From contig CAVYYH010000011.1 in assembly GCA_963772705.1 (NCBI GenBank), positions 2,384 through 66,383 of the forward strand: a stretch of DNA of 64,000 bases, given 5' to 3'. The DNA comes from an uncultured Bacteroidales bacterium. GTDB taxonomy: Bacteria; Bacteroidota; Bacteroidia; Bacteroidales; VadinHA17. The notes beneath the pieces are model-generated. The model worked only from the letters and a program-made list of their open reading frames with translations, searched no databases and was not told the origin of the DNA. Both the position numbers and the translations under genes were made by a program. Shown here piece by piece: positions 17,360-26,543 of this stretch (the first letter of the stretch is position 1; every line of letters starts with the position of its first letter).

Positions 17360-18575
17360 ATGGCGGAAAATCATTTACAGTTAAAGTGCAAAGATTACCT
17401 TAAGACTCTTTGTGTAAATATTACTGAGCGATGTGTTGGCAGTTACGGGAACAGGCAAGCCACCACCTTCCTGGAGAAAGAGCTATCAATACAAGGCTGG
17501 GAAACCGAAATGGCTGAATTCGAAGCATTTGATTGGGAGGAAAATGGAGCAATTCTCAAATCCGGTGAAGATAATTTTAATGTTCTGGTAAGTCCTTATT
17601 CTCTTGGGTTCAGAGGTGAGGGAAAGTTGGTCTGTGCATCAACCACCGAAGAATTATCAGGGATTAACGCAAACAATAAGATAATCCTCCTTTACGGAGA
17701 GATTGCCAGGGAGCAATTGATGCCAAAGAACTTTGTATTTTATAATCCGGAGGAGCATCAAAAAATCATCTCGATCCTTGAGAACAGCGGGGCAAAAGCA
17801 ATAATATGTGCAACCGGCAGAAATGCAGCACTGGCAGGAGGAGTATACCCCTTCCCATTGATAGAAGATGGTGATTTCGATATCCCCTCTGTCTACATGA
17901 CAGAAGAAGAAGGTTCAAGACTCATACTCAAAAGCGGGAAGACCGTTTCCCTTGAGTCTGAGTCAAAGAGGATACCAGGGAAAGGTTACAATGTCATTGG
18001 AAGAAAAGGGTAACAGCAACTCACCAAAGATCGTGGTTACAGCCCATATTGATGCCAAGAAAGGCACTCCCGGTGCAATCGATAACGCGACAGGAGTGAT
18101 TGTACTTATGTTATTGTCAGACCTGCTCAAAGATTTTAACGGCAACAGACTCATCGAAATTGTTGCACTTAACGGGGAGGATCACTACGCTGTCCCTGGT
18201 CAGATGAATTACATATCATCAAGTATGAATGACTTCAGCAGGATGCTGCTGAATATAAACATAGACGGTGCAGGGTACCGTGAAGGTCTGTCGTCATTTT
18301 CCCTTTTTAACCTGCCGGATGAAATACTGCAGCAAACTAACAAAGTAATCAGTCATTACAGTGGAATAACAGAAGGAGTCCAATGGCCTCAGGGCGATCA
18401 TAGTATCTTTTTGCAGTTTGGTGTCCCGGCTATTGCGGTGTCTTCAAAATGGTTCATTGATAACATAGGTGATCAGGATATAACACACACACCAAAAGAT
18501 AATACCGGGATTGTTGATTGCAACCGGATTGTTGAGATTTCCCGTGCACTGAATGACCTTATCAGGTCAATATAG
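17360..18575 (+). pseudogene. M28-family aminopeptidase, one frameshift
   Basis: YNVIGRKG stops at 18013. NSNSPKIVVTAHIDAKKGTPGAIDNATGV continues in another frame. The shift is at the aaaaggg run 18004-18010. Confidence 0.65.
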
Positions 18576-18719
18576 GCTCTGAATCATGAAGTCACGTGCA
18601 CGATGGTCTTAATGAACACCCATCGGTTATTGAAGGCGGTGCTGCGGGGTTAAGGATAACCATTTACCCTGGAAGAATTACATTTACATTAAGAAACCAG
18701 ACTAAAACAAAGACTGAAA

Positions 18720-19017
18720 ATGAAGCTGACAACTCTGCTCTTAATGACATTTACCGGAATGCTTCTTATCACTAGCCCCATCCTCTCTGGTCAGAGCGGA
18801 ATGTCAGAGCCCTGGGAAAAAGAGACCAAAACTTGTGATCCTTGATCCTCGTGACGAAGAGATAGACAGGGAATTTGGGATTGACAGATCGAAACCTGGC
18901 ATAAAACCCCAAACCATTTATTATCTTTATCTTGAGAACGGTCCTGACAGTTTGAATGCCAGTGCTATAATGCAGAATTTTGATCTGATATATGAACAGT
19001 TGCGCCCGAAGGAGTGA
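18720..19017 (+). pseudogene. small secreted protein, possible frameshift
   Basis: The signal-peptide ORF (MKLTTLLLMTFTGMLLITSP) terminates early. A 60-aa ORF continues in another frame. Confidence 0.3.
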
Positions 19018-19505
19018 TAAACAAAAAGGCAATGGAAGTATTTGGCAAACCGGCAATAAACCCTCTCCTGTTCTACTCCGGTAAAATAGCAGGATACATC
19101 GTCTGGATGATTTTAATATTATCCTTGATGAACAAAAACATCCTGCCTGAAACGATTCATTTGAATTTGGATGTCATTGGATATATATTACTCGTTCCTG
19201 GAGTGCTGTTATCTGTTCTAAGCCTCTTCACCCTGGGCAGATCAACCCGGTTTGGCATACCCACAAAAAAAACCATCCTTAAAACCGGAGGACTTTATAG
19301 GATCAGCAGAAACCCGATTTACCTGGGATTTAACCTTATTACCGTCTCTTCTGTACTTATTCTGTTAAATCCGGTAATCCTGATCCTGGGGGTGTTCAGT
19401 ATGGCAGTTTATCATCTGATAATAAAAGCGGAAGAGCGATTTCTTGAAAAAGCTTTTGGATCCGATTATCTTGAATATAAGAAGAGAGTCAGACGTTATG
19501 TTTAA
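19014..19505 (+). CDS. ICMT/phospholipid-methyltransferase-family membrane protein
   Basis: 163 aa, multi-TM, with RNPIYLG and AEERFLE motifs. The GTG start overlaps the previous stop. Confidence 0.6.
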   Translation: MINKKAMEVFGKPAINPLLFYSGKIAGYIVWMILILSLMNKNILPETIHLNLDVIGYILLVPGVLLSVLSLFTLGRSTRFGIPTKKTILKTGGLYRISRNPIYLGFNLITVSSVLILLNPVILILGVFSMAVYHLIIKAEERFLEKAFGSDYLEYKKRVRRYV

Positions 19506-19564
19506 AATATCTGCCGGGTCAATAAAAATAACAATACAAATTACTGACAATAAATATATTGCAA

Positions 19565-20260
19565 ATGAATTCCGTGAATAGACAGGCTGAAGTTACCGCA
19601 ACGGTTATGAAAGACATCGTGAGAATTATAATAAGAATAGCCCTGCTGGCTATTATCCTTCTTCTGATTACCAGGCAGTTTAAAAGGGCTGATGAGAAGG
19701 TAGTTCTATCTCCGGTCAGATCTTTTTATTCTGCAGGAAGTGCTCCTGATACAGCAAGAACAGCCATTATTCTTCAGCTAAAAAAGTTCCAGGACGGATA
19801 TTCCAGACGCGATCCGAATGAAATAGATGCCTTTATGCAGTCGCTCTATTCAACGGAAAACATACTGATTCTCGGCACAATGCCAAATGAAGTTTACATT
19901 GGCTATGAGGCTGCATCCCAGTTGGTTAAATCAGACTGGGAATCATGGGGAGACTGCAGGTTTGACATTGACAGTGCAAATATCTCTGTATCAGGCAATA
20001 CTGCCTGGTTTTCGACAAGGGGATTAGTTGAGTTTGACCTTTCCGGTATGCTGGTCATCCCTCTAAGACTGACGGGGGTAATGGTAAAAGAGGATCAGGT
20101 ATGGAAATTCCAGCAACAGCAATTTCAGTTTGATATCGACTTTTCTTTCAGTCTGCTCGCAGTCCTGGTACTTTCAGCCTGGATTGTGATTAGTTTATGC
20201 ATTCTTGCGATCAGGATCATTAAAAAGTTAAGAAACAAACAATTAAACCAGCATAATTAA
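19565..20260 (+). CDS. membrane-anchored NTF2/SnoaL-like domain protein
   Basis: N- and C-terminal TM helices flank a domain of about 130 aa (DPNEIDAFM...NTAWFSTRG...). Weak call. Confidence 0.4.
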   Translation: MNSVNRQAEVTATVMKDIVRIIIRIALLAIILLLITRQFKRADEKVVLSPVRSFYSAGSAPDTARTAIILQLKKFQDGYSRRDPNEIDAFMQSLYSTENILILGTMPNEVYIGYEAASQLVKSDWESWGDCRFDIDSANISVSGNTAWFSTRGLVEFDLSGMLVIPLRLTGVMVKEDQVWKFQQQQFQFDIDFSFSLLAVLVLSAWIVISLCILAIRIIKKLRNKQLNQHN

Positions 20261-20319
20261 GCCACAAAGCTCATAAGGCAACATTTTCCTGAATATGTAA
20301 CTATTAATAATTGAATAGC

Positions 20320-21813
20320 ATGAAAGGATTAATTTTCAATTTCTTATGTCTGGCAATACTGGTGATTTCAGCAGGTCATATGTCCGGGCAACAAGTATAT
20401 GATTTGAAGTTTGACAGCGAAAAATATGTGATTCAGTCTCTTGCATTCGAAGTAAAAACACTTATCGTGAGGGCTTATGAAGATATTGTTTATGTTGCCA
20501 GACCGTCCGACACAGCCTATCAGAGACTGAATGTCTATATTCCTGAAGAATATTTTCACGGAGAAAGTATCAACGGGTATAATTCGCAGACAGCTCCCGT
20601 CTTTTTCCCTAACCGGGTTGGAGGTTACATGCCGGCACTTCCTGCATCCGCAGCAGACAGCCCCGGAAGGGGGATGCCCCAGGGTGGCGGTATGACGGGC
20701 GGTCAGCGACAATCTGCTGTGCTGGTTGCACTCTCGAAGGGTTATGTTGTGGCATCTGCCGGAGCAAGGGGAAGGACGACCAGAAACGAAGATGGCATTT
20801 ACACCGGGAAGGCTCCGGCCGGAATCGTTGACCTGAAAGCTGCCATACGTTATTTGAAATTTAACGATCAGCATATGCCGGGCGATGCCGGTAAAATAAT
20901 ATCTAACGGAACAAGCGCCGGAGGAGCAATGTCAACCTTGCTTGGAGCAACAGGAAATCATCCTGATTATGAGCCTTATCTTAAAGCATTGGGTGCAGCA
21001 GAAGCCGGCGATAATATTTTTGCCGTCTCAGCCTATTGTCCTATTACTGACCTTGATAATGCTGACATGGCATATGAGTGGCAATTCAATGGCATAAACA
21101 CCTATAAGAAAAGGGGTGCAATGCAGGGGAATGCACAGGAAGCTCTGGCATTGAGCGATAATCAAGTTCTTGCTTCAAAACAATTAAAAGATCTGTTTCC
21201 CGGTTATATTAACAGATTAAACCTAATTGACCGGGACGGCGATCTGCTGACGTTGGATCAGGATGGAAACGGTACGTTCAAAGAGTATGTGAAATCGTAT
21301 TTAATTGCCTCTGCACAAAAAGCCCTGGATGACGGAACCGACATGTCAAAATACTCATTCCTGACTATTGTCAATGGAATGGTAAGCCAAATTGATTTTA
21401 ATGCGTATGTGGAATATCTGGAAAGACAAAAAACACCTCCGGCATTTGATGCCTTTGACTTATCGTCACCGGAAAATCAGCTGTTTGGAAATGAGTCGGT
21501 TGATAGGCAGCATTTCACTCAGTATTCTCTTGCAAACCCAACAGGGAATGGCTCTATGGCTGACAAACAGGCAGTAAAAATGATGAATCCGATGTACTAC
21601 ATTGGCCAGCCTGAATCCAAAACGGCTGAATACTGGAGAATCCGCCACGGTACAAAAGACAAAGATACAGGGCTGGCTGTATCGGTCATCCTGGCGACTT
21701 ATCTCCGGAATAATGGTTTTAATGTGAATCTGGAGCTTCCGTGGGATATACCGCATAGCGGAGATTATGACCTGACAGAATTATTTGACTGGATTGATAA
21801 CATTTGCAAATAA
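20320..21813 (+). CDS. secreted alpha/beta hydrolase (tannase/feruloyl-esterase-like)
   Basis: Signal peptide. Nucleophile elbow GTSAGG. About 500 aa. Confidence 0.6.
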   Translation: MKGLIFNFLCLAILVISAGHMSGQQVYDLKFDSEKYVIQSLAFEVKTLIVRAYEDIVYVARPSDTAYQRLNVYIPEEYFHGESINGYNSQTAPVFFPNRVGGYMPALPASAADSPGRGMPQGGGMTGGQRQSAVLVALSKGYVVASAGARGRTTRNEDGIYTGKAPAGIVDLKAAIRYLKFNDQHMPGDAGKIISNGTSAGGAMSTLLGATGNHPDYEPYLKALGAAEAGDNIFAVSAYCPITDLDNADMAYEWQFNGINTYKKRGAMQGNAQEALALSDNQVLASKQLKDLFPGYINRLNLIDRDGDLLTLDQDGNGTFKEYVKSYLIASAQKALDDGTDMSKYSFLTIVNGMVSQIDFNAYVEYLERQKTPPAFDAFDLSSPENQLFGNESVDRQHFTQYSLANPTGNGSMADKQAVKMMNPMYYIGQPESKTAEYWRIRHGTKDKDTGLAVSVILATYLRNNGFNVNLELPWDIPHSGDYDLTELFDWIDNICK

Positions 21814-21831
21814 ATAACCGGTATATACAAG

Positions 21832-22026
21832 ATGAATAATCTATTGACAATCAACACCATCAATGACATCCTTCCTGAGTACAGGCAAACTCCTATCGGA
21901 CTGTTATTAGAATACCATAACCTTAACAGACCGCTTGATGCTTATGATAAGGCACAAATTCTTGTCGGGATGTGTATGGACAACAGACAGCCAGCAGGGA
22001 TAGAAACCCGGTACAAATCATCTTAA
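21832..22026 (+). pseudogene. N-terminal gene fragment (possibly beta-carbonic-anhydrase-like)
   Basis: 64 aa ending just after a CMDNR motif that resembles the beta-CA CxDxR motif. Truncated. Weak call. Confidence 0.3.
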
Positions 22027-22045
22027 AACACCCATTCCCTGGATA

Positions 22046-22928
22046 ATGATTATAAAAGGATCACAGGTCAGCATAATATTCTGTGTCTGGTTGTACCTTT
22101 TATCAGGCGTTCTGCAAAGCAAATTTGATAACATTGACTTAAAGAGTTGCCCAGTTAATCGGAGTACAAAGAATTAAGAGCCGCTCCTATAGTGAATTTT
22201 GGATATGATGCTATTACAACAATTGATACCGACCAGGGTATTGTTGTCATTGACGCAGGAATTTCCACTGTACTAACGTCCAGATACAGGAAACGAATTG
22301 AAAATGTGCTTCAAAAGGATCATTTTATTTATGTGATCAACACTCACGGACACCAAGACCAGGGCTGAGGGAATCTTCTTCACACACCCAGGTTAGTCGG
22401 ACACGAAACTGTTCCGTTGATTTAAGTGAAAGATGACTAAACGTTCTGATCGATGGCGAGCTTAAGCAATATTATCCGGGATTATGAGCGAAAAATCTGG
22501 ATCGCTCCTAACAGTGACAATGTTATGACATTATACCAGAAAACAAATATATAGTTTAATCAGATCTGAATAGCAATGTACTGAGAGTTCCGGATATTAT
22601 ATTCTCTGATAGTCTGACCCTTCCCACCTGAGATACTACATTTGAAATGTTCTACTTTGGCAAATCCCACTCAAATAGTGATATAATAATCTTTATACCT
22701 GAACTTAAACTGATCTTTACCGGAGATTTGTTTTCAAAGTTTGGCATGCCGGGTATTAATGCAACAACAATAGATGAAGCAAGATCCAGACAAGCTATCT
22801 TATGGATAAAAGAAAGGATGGATAAAATTGAAATAATTGGGGAGCACGTTCAGATTTTGTCGCCAGATGATCTTAAACAATTTTATAACAATATTTTGAG
22901 TAGCTTTTCAGCGGAGAATATTAACTAA
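22046..22928 (+). pseudogene. MBL-fold hydrolase paralogue of 7895-8801, heavily decayed
   Basis: VNFGYDAITTIDTDQGIVVIDAGIS parallels the first copy. The metal motif is mutated (HGHQDQG followed by a stop). Several stops and frameshifts occur before the intact C-terminal ORF 22647-22928. Confidence 0.7.
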
Positions 22929-22944
22929 TACTGTGTGGTGCCAG

Positions 22945-23895
22945 ATGGAAAAAATGAAAGCCATTGTTTATAATAAAAAAAGTCCTCCGGACAGGCTTGT
23001 TTACTGCGACGTTGAAAAACCCGTTCCAACTGATGATGAGGTTTTAATAAAAATCCATTCAGTATCCCTGAATGCTGCTGATTACCGTTCAATGAAAATG
23101 GGATTAATCCCTAAAGGAAAAATATTCGGGGCTGATATTGCCGGCCGGATCGAATCAGTTGGGAAAGACATTGCTCTGTTTAAACCTGGAGATGAAGTGA
23201 TGGGCGATCTTGCCAGTTACGGCTTTGGAGGCCTTGCTGAATATGTTACAGCTCCCGAAAAAGCATTGATAGTCAAGCCTGCAAATGTCTCATTTGAGGA
23301 GGCGGCCACAATGCCTATGGCAGCAGTCACTGCTCTCCAGGCTCTGCGAAATAAGGCAAACATTCAAAAAGGACATAAAGTGCTGATTATAGGCAGTTCA
23401 GGCGGCGTTGGATCATTTGCAGTCCAACTGGCCAAATACTTTGAAGCTGAGGTAACCGGTGTATGCAGTTCGAAAAATGTCCGGCAAACATTGTCTCTTG
23501 GTGCAGATTATGTTATTGATTACACAAAAGAGGAATTCTTAAAAAAAGACAAAAGGTACGACGTTATCGTGGCTGTAAATGGTAATTACCCTATAATAGC
23601 ATGTAAAAGGATTCTGGCTCCAAACGGAACCTACGTCATGGTTGGCGGGTCTTTGTCACAGATTTTCAAATCATTGCTCTTTGGCTGGGCATTGTCTTCA
23701 GGATCAAGGAAAATAAAGTCACTGGCCGCAAAAGCAGACAAAACTGACCTGGATTTGCTGGCAAAACTTTTAGAGCGAGGTATCATCAAACCTGTTATAG
23801 ACAGGCGCTACCCGCTTGAAAAGACAGCAGAAGCAATGAACTATTTACAACTTGGACATTCCGGAGGGAAAGTGGTGATTAATGTCATCTCCTGA
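22945..23895 (+). CDS. NAD(P)-dependent medium-chain (zinc-type/quinone) oxidoreductase
   Basis: MDR layout with Rossmann motif GSSGGVGSFAVQLAK and a GGKVVI C-terminus. Confidence 0.8.
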   Translation: MEKMKAIVYNKKSPPDRLVYCDVEKPVPTDDEVLIKIHSVSLNAADYRSMKMGLIPKGKIFGADIAGRIESVGKDIALFKPGDEVMGDLASYGFGGLAEYVTAPEKALIVKPANVSFEEAATMPMAAVTALQALRNKANIQKGHKVLIIGSSGGVGSFAVQLAKYFEAEVTGVCSSKNVRQTLSLGADYVIDYTKEEFLKKDKRYDVIVAVNGNYPIIACKRILAPNGTYVMVGGSLSQIFKSLLFGWALSSGSRKIKSLAAKADKTDLDLLAKLLERGIIKPVIDRRYPLEKTAEAMNYLQLGHSGGKVVINVIS

Positions 23896-23973
23896 TTCAA
23901 CTTAAAGTTTGCAGCTCAACTCTTTTACTTGCCCTTCTGCACCCCGCGAGAACTAATAGTAACAACAATCAGA

Positions 23974-24612
23974 ATGGAACCCGAAAATAAGCTGTACAGG
24001 AGAGCGTTGAATCTAAGCCTGTTTACTGTATTCTACAATGTTATTGAAGGCGTAGTCTCAATGATGATGGGATTTCAGGATGAATCATTAGCCCTATTTG
24101 GGTTTGGGGTCGATAGTTTTATTGAGGTATTATCCGGTCTTGGAATAATGGTAATGGTTTTAAGAATAAGACAAAATCCGAATAGCTCAAAAAACAAATT
24201 TGAGATTACAGCTCTGAAGATAACAGGAATAGCATTTTTTCTTCTTTCAGCCGGCCTCCTGGCAGGAATAGTATTAAACATTATAAAAAACAACAAACCT
24301 GAAACAACAATATGGGGTATCATTATATCATTAATATCTATAGTAGTTATGTTGTGGCTGATGAGAGCAAAGAAAACCGTAGGCAAAGAATTGAACTCAG
24401 AGCCTATAATTTCTGACAGCAACTGCACAAAGGTTTGTGTCTATATGTCCATAGTATTACTCGTTTCCAGCTTTATCTACGAAATCACTGGCTTTGCTTA
24501 TGCCGATGCTATTGGAGCAGCCGGACTTATTTATTTCTCAGTTTCAGAAGGTATAGAAGCGTTTGAAAAGGCAAAAGGGAAAACATGTTCATGTGACCAA
24601 TGCAATTCTTGA
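23974..24612 (+). CDS. cation-efflux (CDF-like) membrane protein
   Basis: Six hydrophobic helices with ALFGFGVDSFIE in TM2, as in CDF transporters. C-terminal CSCDQC. Confidence 0.55.
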   Translation: MEPENKLYRRALNLSLFTVFYNVIEGVVSMMMGFQDESLALFGFGVDSFIEVLSGLGIMVMVLRIRQNPNSSKNKFEITALKITGIAFFLLSAGLLAGIVLNIIKNNKPETTIWGIIISLISIVVMLWLMRAKKTVGKELNSEPIISDSNCTKVCVYMSIVLLVSSFIYEITGFAYADAIGAAGLIYFSVSEGIEAFEKAKGKTCSCDQCNS

Positions 24613-24764
24613 TAAATGCTACTGATCAGACCATTCGCCCTCTTTGCTGACCGCCGTTACGGCCAGGTCTTCGTTTATCATAACAGTGCACCCTCCTACT
24701 ATAGTTCCAGGGCATTCCGTGGCTCGCTGAAGGTTTAGAACAGTTCGGAAAAAATATTTTAAAA

Positions 24765-24812
24765 TTTACTTTGTAATTCAAAGTATTCTTATTTACTTTG
24801 TAATTCAAAGTA
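24765..24812 (+). repeat. two direct copies of a 21-nt motif, 27-bp period
   Basis: tttactttgtaattcaaagta occurs at 24765-24785 and 24792-24812, about 115 bp upstream of ORF 24926. Confidence 0.8.
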
Positions 24813-24925
24813 CTTTAACTCCCATGAATAATTGAATCCATGTCTACAAACCATTCGGAAACAAAAAAATCAGGGCAGTAATTAATTTTTATGAACAAGT
24901 AAACTTAATAAGAGGAGAAACAGTC

Positions 24926-25216
24926 ATGGTTAACAGGTCAATCTTTTGGAACATCATCAGCTGGATTTTCGGTGTATTTTTCTTTGCCATCGGGATTGTA
25001 AATACATTCTGGGGGAACGATACCGGATTCGGCATATTTATAATGCTTCTTTCTTTAATTTATTTTTTGCCGGCCAATCCAATCTTAAGGAAACGGATAG
25101 GCTTCTCAATTCCCGTTGTAGTAAAAATCCTCCTGGGAATCTTTATTCTCTGGGCAGCTCTGGGAGTTGGTGAGTTGTTCGATAAGGTAGATATGATGTT
25201 GAACAGCTTGCAGTAG
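24926..25216 (+). CDS. small 3-TM membrane protein
   Basis: 96-aa hydrophobic ORF preceded by aggag. Confidence 0.45.
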   Translation: MVNRSIFWNIISWIFGVFFFAIGIVNTFWGNDTGFGIFIMLLSLIYFLPANPILRKRIGFSIPVVVKILLGIFILWAALGVGELFDKVDMMLNSLQ

Positions 25217-25328
25217 CCCATCACTCCGTTCTGCCTCCGGTACCAAAAACCATTAGGGCTGCTGTTTCGGTTTGCAGCCCGGATGAATAACAATACATCC
25301 AGAAAAAGTGTTTTTATACAGAAAAATA

Positions 25329-25378
25329 TATATCGCTTGCGATATAACAAAAGTTTTGTACTTTTGTGTCGCAGGCGA
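25329..25378 (+). promoter_or_regulatory. candidate promoter with two operator palindromes upstream of gpx
   Basis: Perfect 8+8 palindrome tatatcgc-tt-gcgatata at 25329-25346. TActTTTG at 25359-25366 matches the Bacteroidetes -7 box TAnnTTTG. A second half-palindrome tcgc-ag-gcga lies at 25369-25378. Confidence 0.5.
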
Positions 25379-25407
25379 TATTGTCTGTAACGATAAATTA
25401 AAAATGT

Positions 25408-25890
25408 ATGAATTCAGTTTTCTATAGCTTTAAGGCAAAGAGTCTTCAGGGAAAGGAAGTTGGTATGGATACATATCAGGGGAAGACCGTGTTAATAGTA
25501 AATACAGCCAGCAAATGCGGGCTAACCCCGCAGTTTGAGGGATTGGAGGCGTTGTATCAGAAGTACAGGGATAAGGGCTTTGTAATACTTGGTTTCCCGT
25601 GCAATCAATTCGCAAACCAGGAACCGGGTGATGAAAAATCTATCGCGGAAGGCTGTCTTATAAACTATGGCGTAACGTTCCCGATGTTTTCGAAGATAGA
25701 TGTGAATGGCGACACAGCCCATCCTGTGTACAAGTACCTGAAGAAAGAATTAAGAGGCTTTTTCGGCAGTAAGATCAAGTGGAATTTCACAAAATTCCTG
25801 GTTGATAAGAATGGCAAGCCTCTTAAGCGATTTTCTCCGACAACAAAACCCGAAGAGATAGACCGCTACCTGAGTAAGATATTAAACTAA
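25408..25890 (+). CDS. gpx: glutathione peroxidase
   Basis: NTASKCGLTPQ, LGFPCNQF and KWNFTKFLV signature motifs. Confidence 0.9.
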   Translation: MNSVFYSFKAKSLQGKEVGMDTYQGKTVLIVNTASKCGLTPQFEGLEALYQKYRDKGFVILGFPCNQFANQEPGDEKSIAEGCLINYGVTFPMFSKIDVNGDTAHPVYKYLKKELRGFFGSKIKWNFTKFLVDKNGKPLKRFSPTTKPEEIDRYLSKILN

Positions 25891-25934
25891 ATGAATCGTA
25901 ATACCTGTTTAATATTGGTAAAAGCATACTCAAC

Positions 25935-26389
25935 ATGAAATATGAACAGCTACGACTAAGCAATCAGCTTTGCTTTCCGGTGTATGCGGCTTCGAGATTG
26001 ATAATCCGTGAATATCAGCCATATCTTGATAAACTGCGGATAACTTATCCGCAGTATCTGGTGCTTATGGTGCTATGGGAAAACGATGGCATTACGGTTA
26101 ATGACATAACGGATAAGCTGGTACTCAAAACCAATACCGTAACACCTCTTCTGAAACGGATGGAGTCTCTGGGTATCATCTCAAGGAATCGTTCAGGTGA
26201 AGATGAAAGAAAAGTGTTGATTACTCTTACAGAAAAAGGAAAAAGATGAAGCTGGTGGCTTCATCAATACCCGGGCTGCTTATCGACAAACTTAAAGACG
26301 GAGCCCTGACAATGGAACAGTTAATTGAATTAAGAACAAATCTTAATGTACTTATTGATTATCTGCAAAATAAAGAAGACAGCAGGTAA
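25935..26389 (+). pseudogene. MarR/OhrR-family regulator, one frameshift in an A5 run
   Basis: Winged-helix region YPQYLVLMVLWENDGITVNDI...LLKRMESLGIISR. The frame breaks at about 26240-26249 and continues as KLVASSIPGLL...LIDYLQNK. Confidence 0.7.
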
Positions 26390-26543
26390 TGATCAGACAT
26401 TTGTAAATCTCTGATCTTCACTTACTATAAAGACTTAAAGAAGAAGAACGACTTCTGATGAGTCTGAGGATATCATTTCCTTCCATTATTTATGATTAAT
26501 TTAGTTCCTTAGCGGTACAAAGCCGGTTCCCGGATAATAATCA

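Noticed and set aside
18626-18675. GTTATTG at 18626-18632 and the small palindrome ggttaaggataacc at 18651-18664 as further attC cores
   Set aside because: These are isolated heptamers without flanking L-box repeats, and such matches are expected by chance in AT-rich DNA.
20368-20874. Long antisense ORFs opposite confident genes: 20368-20874, 29473-29970, 35458-35910, 37098-37508, 38307-38738, 40150-40743, 41590-42099 and 53590-54060
   Set aside because: They are shadow frames of well-supported + strand genes with clear family motifs. They have no motifs or start context of their own.
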